Positions 55,911 through 64,000 of a stretch of DNA of 64,000 bases are shown piece after piece. The stretch covers positions 46,438,001 to 46,502,000 of the forward strand of contig OZ024746.1 of the NCBI GenBank assembly GCA_964016885.1, written 5' to 3'. The first letter of the stretch is position 1. The number at the start of each line of letters is the position of its first letter. The position numbers were made by a program, and so were the translations under genes. Source of the stretch: Eledone cirrhosa (lineage: Eukaryota). The notes under the pieces were generated by a model. That model saw nothing but the letters and a program-made list of their open reading frames with translations, had not been told where the DNA came from and made no database searches.

Positions 55911-57715
55911 GCCTGGATTTGCAACTGACACTGTTTCTTTGGTCTGATTTCACAAGTTCCGCCCACTCGTTAAGTGAATGTGATCTGGGATCTTGTCAAT
56001 CAACTGTTGATATATGTGTGTGGAACAGCTTTTAGATGTGTTATACATGACTAAGCTCTGATTTCATATATTTTATCATTAACATTTCTAGACTTTCATA
56101 GTACCATGTTCGTATTGCTGTCTGTTTTTCATTAACAAAGGAAGGTAATTGCATATTAATAAGCCCTCTATACCCACTTCCCATAGGTTTGAAGAATTTA
56201 GTGAATATCATTAGCCATTAAAATTCTAGCATTTCATCCAACGAAGAAGAAGAATTTAACCAGATATTTTGTGTATTACATCAATACTTTGAAAGAAAAG
56301 GATTTTCAAAATGAAATAAAATATATATAAACCACCTCATAACGCTTTGCAAATCAGAAAACCTTGTAAGCATAACACCACCTGATATTGCTATTTTTTG
56401 TTAGCCTAAAACAGGATACTTGCTAATTATTTTCACTCACTACAGAATGCTTAACAAGATTTGCTTTTTAAGTAAGCAACAGTTTTACAAGCATTATCAA
56501 ACATTTAACTTCCAGTTTCAACAGAAGTAATTACAATAAGCTCCCATCATTTTACCAATCCCAATGCAATGTTTCCAAAATCAAACCCTACCCACATGAT
56601 GGTAAGTGCTTCTCAAAGGAGTTGGAATACTGTGTTAAAGTGAATTTGATATACAACAGGAAATATCATATTTAGTCCCAAGAGAACAGCTTTAAAAGTA
56701 AATGTACACCACACACATTTTTTATGGAACCAAGTGAATAGAAAGATGATCAATTGTTCACAACACATCTAGAGAGTAAAAGATGAAGGTAGCCCAAAAT
56801 TTAAGATTAGGTGATTAATGTTAGAATTTATCAAACCATATTCTAAAGCAGCTGGATCATACTCCTTGTGTATCTGAGTACAATTGTTCATATTGACGTC
56901 TCCTTTCAAAAAGTTGAATTATAGAAATGTGCTAATTTCAAAATGACACTAAAATGTCTTTTCTATGAAATTTAGAGGAATTTATTTTTAATTCTTCCAT
57001 ATTTTGGTGAAGTTCCTTGATAGTCCAGTTAAAAATAATTTATGAATATTAAGAGTTGTCTTTCCTAACCCACAATTTTTTGTCAATTATTTTCCCATAT
57101 CTGAGATGAAAATTAATAGTAAACTGAATTATTTTTGTCTTATAATTAGAAAAGAATGAGAATATATTTTGTGAAGCCTACACATCGTTTTCCTTTATCT
57201 TATTTATTTAGATAGATACAAAGCTGCTGTTTTCTCGGTACTGGCAACATATCTTTTTTCTTTTTCGCTTCTATTTTGTTTATATTACTGTATCCTTCTC
57301 TTATGCCCTTCTCTTTTTTTTTCAACATTTGCATCAAATTATATATTCATCACTTCCTCTTCTTTGATTCTTTCTTCATTCGGCCAGTCATGTATGCATT
57401 CTTACATACTTTCTCCACCACACTACTGTATCTTATGCATGCATTCTTATATACTTCCTCCATCACACTACCATATCTAATTGTATCCTATTAGTTCAGC
57501 AACCAGTCTAATCTCATTAATACCACTCTTCCTTTCTTTCTCTATCTTCAACTACCTCTTCTTTAATTATTACTTTTATTTTTTCATTCATCTATCTTTA
57601 AATTTCTTTGCATTTAATTTTTCACCTTTTGTATCTCTCTAATCCCCCCTCTCTCACTCTCTCACTCTCTATATATATATATATAGAGAGAGAGAGATAC
57701 ATGTATATACATACA

Positions 57716-57792
57716 TACGGGGTGTCCCAAAAATGTATACACACATTTATGAGAATGCTGTTGAAATGTGCCTACTTTTTGGGGGGATACTG
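57716..57792. mobile_element. Short Tc1/mariner-like MITE remnant
   Basis: TA-CGGGGTGTCCCAAAAATGTATACAC with an imperfect inverse at the right end. Confidence 0.5.
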
Positions 57793-58107
57793 AATGTGTG
57801 TGTGTGCATGTGTACGTATGTCTACTTCCAACCATATCTTGTTGTCTCACATATTCCTTAATCTATCTCTTTTATTGCTAGCCTTATGACTAAATATCTT
57901 GTTGACTGCTAAATATTCAAAATGTTAAATTATACATTATAAGCTTTCAAAGCTTAGAATCTAAGTAGTTATAATCTTTTTGAACAACTATAATAAATAT
58001 TATTCTACATAACTTAAAAATATCGAATATGTTTCCACTGCTTTTTAATTCACACTATTGTGAACCCACAATAATCCTCATGCACACACACACACACACA
58101 CAAACAC

Positions 58108-58145
<38 letters not shown>

Positions 58146-58321
58146 GCAGAAGGTTCAGTAAGTCTGAAGATTTGATGTAATATTCTGAGGATCAGGCAGA
58201 CATGGAGTCTGGTCTAGGGTGCCAACCCAGATCACGAGCCAGCTGCTTGAGAAAACATTTGTAACCAGGATTGAGCAATAAATCTATGTAACACCTCCAG
58301 TTTGTTCTTATTATATATATC

Positions 58322-58440
58322 GATCTGAGTTCAAATCCCGCCGAGGTTGACTTTGCCTTTCATCCTTATGGGGTCAATAAAATAAAGTACCAGTAATGCA
58401 CTGGGTAATTGCTGGCCTTGTGCCTAAAGTAGAAACAATT
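58322..58440 (+). mobile_element. 5'-truncated SINE
   Basis: Family match; TSD attatatatat. Confidence 0.88.
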
Positions 58441-58722
58441 ATATATATCTATATTACCCCATCCCCATTTCTACATGCATATATATTTATATAAATATAT
58501 TCATAAAAATTACATACAACCGAATAAATATACATGAATATTGCATACTGTATATATCCACATCATTGTTTTACATACATTTACATTGTATCATATATTT
58601 TGCACTGAGGTTTTGTATGTTCTGTAGAAAAGTGACATGCTGTTTTTCCCATTGTTTTCAGGGAAAAAAACATGACTTATAAACAGGTAGATACATGTTA
58701 TTTACATGTACATATTATTAAT

Positions 58723-58894
58723 ATCGGTAAAGGGTCGGACGCCATGCTTTGACGCATGGAGTTACGGCCCTTGCCATTCTGAGTTCAAATCCCGCCGAGG
58801 TTAACTTTGCCTTTCATCCTTATGGGGTCGATAAAATAAAGTACCAGTAATGCACTGGGTAATTGCAGGCCTTGTGCCAAAAGTAGAAACAATT
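58723..58894 (+). mobile_element. SINE
   Basis: Family match. Confidence 0.88.
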
Positions 58895-58967
58895 ATTATT
58901 ATTTTTATACATACCTTTGTAAATATGTGCATATATACACGTACAGGCATATAATATATATATATAT

Positions 58968-59087
58968 GTTTACGGCCATATCACGCTGACAACACCGGTT
59001 CTCATCCGATCACCGAAGTTAAGCAACGTCGAGCCTAGTTAGTACTTGGATGGGTGACCGCCTGGGAACCCTAGGTGCCGTAAGCGT
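58968..59087 (+). rRNA. Full-length 5S rRNA-like sequence, probably a retrocopy or SINE3 head
   Basis: GTTTACGGCCATATCAC...CCGATCACCGAAGTTAAGC...AGTACTTGGATGGGTGACCGCCTGGGAA...GCCGTAAGC; isolated, no T4 terminator, followed by a foreign tail. Confidence 0.85.
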
Positions 59088-60316
59088 TTAATTACAAGGG
59101 CGGTGCCCCAGCATGGCCTCAGCCGGATGGCTGAAACAGGTAAAAGGGTAAAAGAGTATATATATAACAAAGGAGTTGTGGGAAGGAACCAGATTGTCCA
59201 TAACGCACTAGAGTACTCAATACTTAGGGTAGTAGAGTGGGTAATAGGAAAATGTATGACCCCGACGGCAGAGCTCAAGCCGGGTCATACATTTTCCTCT
59301 GTGTGTGTGTGTGTGTTAATACATGCATATATAAATGTATATATTCATACATATATATATATATATATATACATATTATACATGCTTATATACACATTAT
59401 TTCATTCATTATTTTATTCTTTTATCCAATCTTTACATTGTAATTTAGGTGTTTCAAAGCATGGACTTCAGAAGGTTTTAGATGATCATAACCACCCCAA
59501 TATGTATTTCAGTTTGATATATTTTATCTTTTTAATAAATTGCCTTTTTGACACAACACTGTGTTTTTAAACCAGTGTTTGTGTTAAATATATAAACATA
59601 AACTAAAAATGAAACAAACCAATACCATACCACAATCACCTATATAAATACTGTTGCACATAAATTCTACAGAATAATTATAGATAGATCTGAAAACATA
59701 TCCAACAGTACCACATCAAAAATACAACCCCAATTATTCACTAGGAAAAGAAAATCTCATAAAATTCAGAGATAGCCTCAAAGGCATTATATCAAAACCG
59801 CAAACAACCAAAATAGAAGTCAACATCTAACAACTAGACAAAGATATAGCAATAACTAAATAAATAAATAAACTATAGAAAAGTAAGGAACTGGTTATCA
59901 TTTGTATACAACATAAACTACAACACTAACAGTAAAGCAACTTTATATGGATTAATTTTCAGTATTAAGTGCAAAAGAAAGTTACCCAAACCTATAGAAG
60001 TATGGAGATAGTATATGGCCAAATGTAAAATGTATCCCTTCTCACCAAAATCTTGTAATACGCCCATTCAAGATATTTAAATTGTTTATCATCATCATCC
60101 TTTAATGTTTATTTCCCTGCTAGCAATAGTTGGACATGGGGGTGATCAAAATTAGGATGATGAAATTGAATAGTGTGTGACAGTTAGGATGTGGTGATCT
60201 CCAATTACAGAGAAAGGAATCTTATATTTGGTGATATGAATCCTCTAAAGAAGATGAAATCTTTAAAACCAAACTTTCATATCTCATTCTAAGTTTTCTT
60301 TCTCTTTCGGTTTTAA

Positions 60317-60540
60317 CCCTTTAGCATTTATATTACTCTATATTTACTATTGTATTTTCATGGTAAAGGCTTTAACTCACATAATTATCTCACATAATAT
60401 GGAATCTATGAGATTCTGATGATATTATTTATTTTGAGAACAATACCTTAATGTCAGTATGAGTGGCCAGTTATGGCCAGTTTGAACAGACAGAGGTGAG
60501 AGAATTCTGGCTGGATATGGCTGGTTTACATGCTAAAGTG
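60317..60540. mobile_element. piggyBac-type MITE
   Basis: TTAA on both sides; TIR CCCTTTAGCAT. Confidence 0.82.
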
Positions 60541-61111
60541 TTAAACCAAACACTTATCTTGAATATGCTTACAAATGATTATTTTGGCAAAGAATATCCC
60601 ATACAATTACATCAAATCTCAAATGATGATATTAATGTTCCATATATTGTCTTTAATAAACTTTTGTTTTTTCAACTCATGCTTAGCACGTCCCAGGTTC
60701 CCACTGCATATCAAATGTAGTCAGAGTGTTGTTTTTGTGTGTTACTTCAATTAAATAACTAGCATAGCTGTCTATTAGTATTAGTATATTAGAAGAAACT
60801 GTATAATTTGAAACATGAATAACAAAAGCAACTACAATGATGAGGCTATAGACTTATTGACTAGTTTCAGTAAAGATGACAATTCATTAAAGAATAATAG
60901 AATTAAAATCTTCAGAAAATTTAAGCAAATTAATAATTAATAGTGCTTTTGAATAATTTATAAACAGCAAGTATAGAAAAATGATGACCTCATCAAATAA
61001 AAGAAATTATTTAAAAAATATAAACAGGAAACATTTCAAAACATTGCAGTGATGATGAGGAGGATGAGTGTGATGGTGGAGAGTGGGGAGGGGGCTGATG
61101 AGGATTATAAT

Positions 61112-61385
61112 AATTGTTTCTACTTTTGGCACAAGGCCAGCAATTACCCAGTACATTACTTTATTTTATCGACCCCGTAAGGATGAAAGGCAAAGTTAAC
61201 CTCGGCGGGATTTGAACTCAGATCATAAAGGGACACTGGAAAGCATGTCCAACCCTCTACCGATACTGCCAATCCACTGCCCTGAGGATTATAATAATTG
61301 TTTCTACTTTTGACATAAGGCCAGCAATTACCCAGTACATTACTGGTACTTTATTTTATCGACCCCGTAAGGATAAAAAGCAAAG
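61112..61385 (-). mobile_element. Two tandem SINEs (one inserted at the tail of another)
   Basis: 16-bp TSD tgaggattataataat at 61099-61114 and 61283-61298. Confidence 0.85.
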
Positions 61386-61528
61386 ATTTCTAATTTAGAC
61401 ATAAAATCAGCAAATTTTGGAGAAAGGCAAAGTTCTTTAAATCAGCCCCAGTACTTATCTGGTATTTTATTTTGTTGACTCCCACAAGGATGAAAGGCAA
61501 AGTTGGCCTTGAGTGGATTCTAATTTAA

Positions 61529-61793
61529 CCCTTTAGCATTTACATTTCTCTACATTTACTATTGTATTTTCACGGTAAATGCTTTATCTACCAGTAATGC
61601 ACTGGGATAATTGCTGGCCTTGTGCCAAAAGTAGAAATAATTATTCTCATATAATATTAAATCTACAAGATTTTGATATTATTTATTTTAAGAACAATAC
61701 TTAATGTCAGTATGAGCAGCCGGTTACGGCCGGTTTGAACAGAGAGAGGTGAGAGAAGTCTGGCCAGATATGGCCGGTTGAAATGCTAAAGCG
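61529..61793. mobile_element. piggyBac-type MITE carrying a SINE 3' fragment (~61589-61641)
   Basis: TTAA-CCCTTTAGCATTT ... AAATGCTAAAGCG. Confidence 0.78.
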
Positions 61794-64000
61794 TTCAAAT
61801 GTAAAATTCCAGAACATATACTGCAAAGGCATTTCATTCAACATGCTACCAATTCTGTCAAACCACCACCCTCATGAAGATTGTGATATTAATGCTAAGA
61901 TATATGATGATGATTTGGAATGTGAAGGGTTAAAAATTAATGGTGATTATAATGTTATGTTTTACATATATTGTTCAAATTGAACCCTTTGAGTACAACT
62001 GCTCTCATTACTGTTACTGCTGCTGATGTTGACGCTGTCACTACCATCTTTACTAGGACAACTGCTACTATCATTGTTAACACTGCTGCTGCTGCTGCTG
62101 CTACTACTACTACAGCTACTACTAGTACTAGTGCTATCAAGAAGGAGGAGGAGGAGAAGAAAAAATTTACGAAAGTCAAGGAGAATCTTTTAAGTACCAT
62201 GCTAATATATACATATATATATTGGCAACATGACCATCCCCAAATATAACAATATATTTATATATATCTATGTGTAACCAACCAACGCATACTCAAATTT
62301 ATATATATTATCATCATCGTCATTTTACGTCCGCTTTTCCTTGCTTGCATAGGTAAGTGATTGAATAATAGGGTGCGATTTGCGGATCTAGTACTTCACA
62401 CACATATACACATCATTTAATGTCTGTTTTCTCTGCTAGCAACAGATGGATAATTCATCACAGACTGAATCAGTACTTAAGTAGATCTACTGACCTCTCA
62501 GATGGTCCTAGAGCCTGCATTCCTCTTACATATGTCCTCACACACTACCAAGTACTCAGATGTTCTGGGTTCCTGCATCTCATTTACCAAGCGCATTTTA
62601 TTATGTGGAGGTGCATGGCCTAGTGGTAAGATGGGGGATTTAACCTTGTGATTGACTGACGTCCTGTCCAGGAGAAGTCTTGTAATATTAGTTGTTTCAC
62701 ACCATGAAACCAGGATAAATACCAGCCTGAGAAGCCTTCTGGCTTGAGACAGACTTAGACTTTAGATTTTATTTTGGCACTGAAAGTAATGAGGTTGTCA
62801 TGTATTTGATGAGTCCTCCCAACATTTTGTTTGGCAATTTTTCTACTGCTAGATGTCCACTGTACTTTAATCTATGAAATACTGTATCAGAGTCTGAGCA
62901 TGTTATGTTTTCTCCATTATCTTGTCTGTTCCTGTGAGTTTTTAAGTTATATTGTTGTTTACAGTAAATGCAGTAAGATGGACTTAATTAGTATATGGCA
63001 ATTGGTTTCCTTCTACACGTATCATTGGTTCATCTATATCCCAAGTTTGTTGATGGTGTTATATTTTGTTTAGTTAGACTGAATGAGATTGTGTAGTATA
63101 TATAGGGATATATTTTCATTGTATTCTATGTATGCTGAGTGATAATTTGCCAGCCAGTATATTTCTTTTTTGTTTTTCTTTTTCTTAAGGAGTTATTTTA
63201 TTCATGAATGAGTTTAGGGGAATGATTTCTTAAAGGAGATGATGGCATGAGTGATAATTAGAAATGTAACCACTGAAGTTCTCTTTGTTAAAGCTATCAT
63301 ACATTCTTTTTATGAAAATGTTTAATGTAATGGTAGATGAATATAATTGTTTGATTACAAATTTTGATTTGGAAAGAATAATGAATGTCTTTTGGGTGAC
63401 AAGGTTATGTATATATCTCAGAAATTTCAGAACTTATATGAGAAGTATATGTATCTATGTAACTCTCTTTCAATTTGAATTTTTTTTCAAGATTTTAGAA
63501 TGATTATTCGCATTAGTTTCCATAGTGTGAGGCTGTGGCAATGTTTAAGATGCTGGTTAGTGCAAAATTGCTTTCAAACAAAGTGATTTATGTGTATGTT
63601 TGTATTTTCAGTTAGCTCTGAGTTATAAGTTTTTTTTTTCACTCCTTATAGCTTTCGTAATGACTGATGCAAGGAAACTGTTAAGATCTAGGAGGAAGAT
63701 TCACATTCTATGTTTCGTTTCTGTTTTCTGTTTTCTTTGAATGTTTTCTGGTTATGTATTTTGAGAAAAAGTATTTGATAAGAGAGTTTACTTGCTGCTG
63801 AGGTATTGGTTTATTATTTGAAGTTGTCATTATGGCATATGTGATGTGGTGCATCCATTATTTGAGTTATTGTTCCTAGTAGTTACATTAAAGGTATTTC
63901 ACTACTTGTTCTCATTGTTTATCTTGGATGAAAATGCTTGCATTTTCTTCTTTTTGATTTATTTTCTTCGTCATTTCCTTATTTAGTTTCTGGATGTGAA

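Noticed and set aside
56336-56405. Minus-strand exon candidate with AG/GT ends
   Set aside because: All three frames from the acceptor hit a stop

Overview
AT-rich animal genomic DNA, almost certainly from an octopod cephalopod (inferred from the tRNA-derived SINE family and the very large (TA)n/(TACA)n tracts). No host gene can be identified with confidence; most ORFs in the track are microsatellite artefacts. Bases 1-24 kb are a dense nest of retroelements sitting in (TA)n: several Penelope-like element (PLE) families, plus CR1-group, RTE and CRE-like LINE fragments. Bases 24-64 kb look intronic or intergenic, with SINEs, MITEs (hAT, piggyBac, mariner), a Helitron, a 21-bp minisatellite, a 5S rRNA-headed retrocopy and one weak exon candidate. 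The most striking signal is a set of type I hammerhead ribozymes (HHRs) read by eye from the PLE termini. It includes a non-coding ~540-bp element, present twice (7513-8052 and 14238-14782), built from a spacer-less ~221-bp-arm palindrome, so each strand carries an intact HHR. The two arms co-vary within each copy. Other PLE families carry an HHR with a ~100-nt stem II, or an HHR fold with a non-canonical core. All structure calls are manual base-pairing; no folding software or database search was run.
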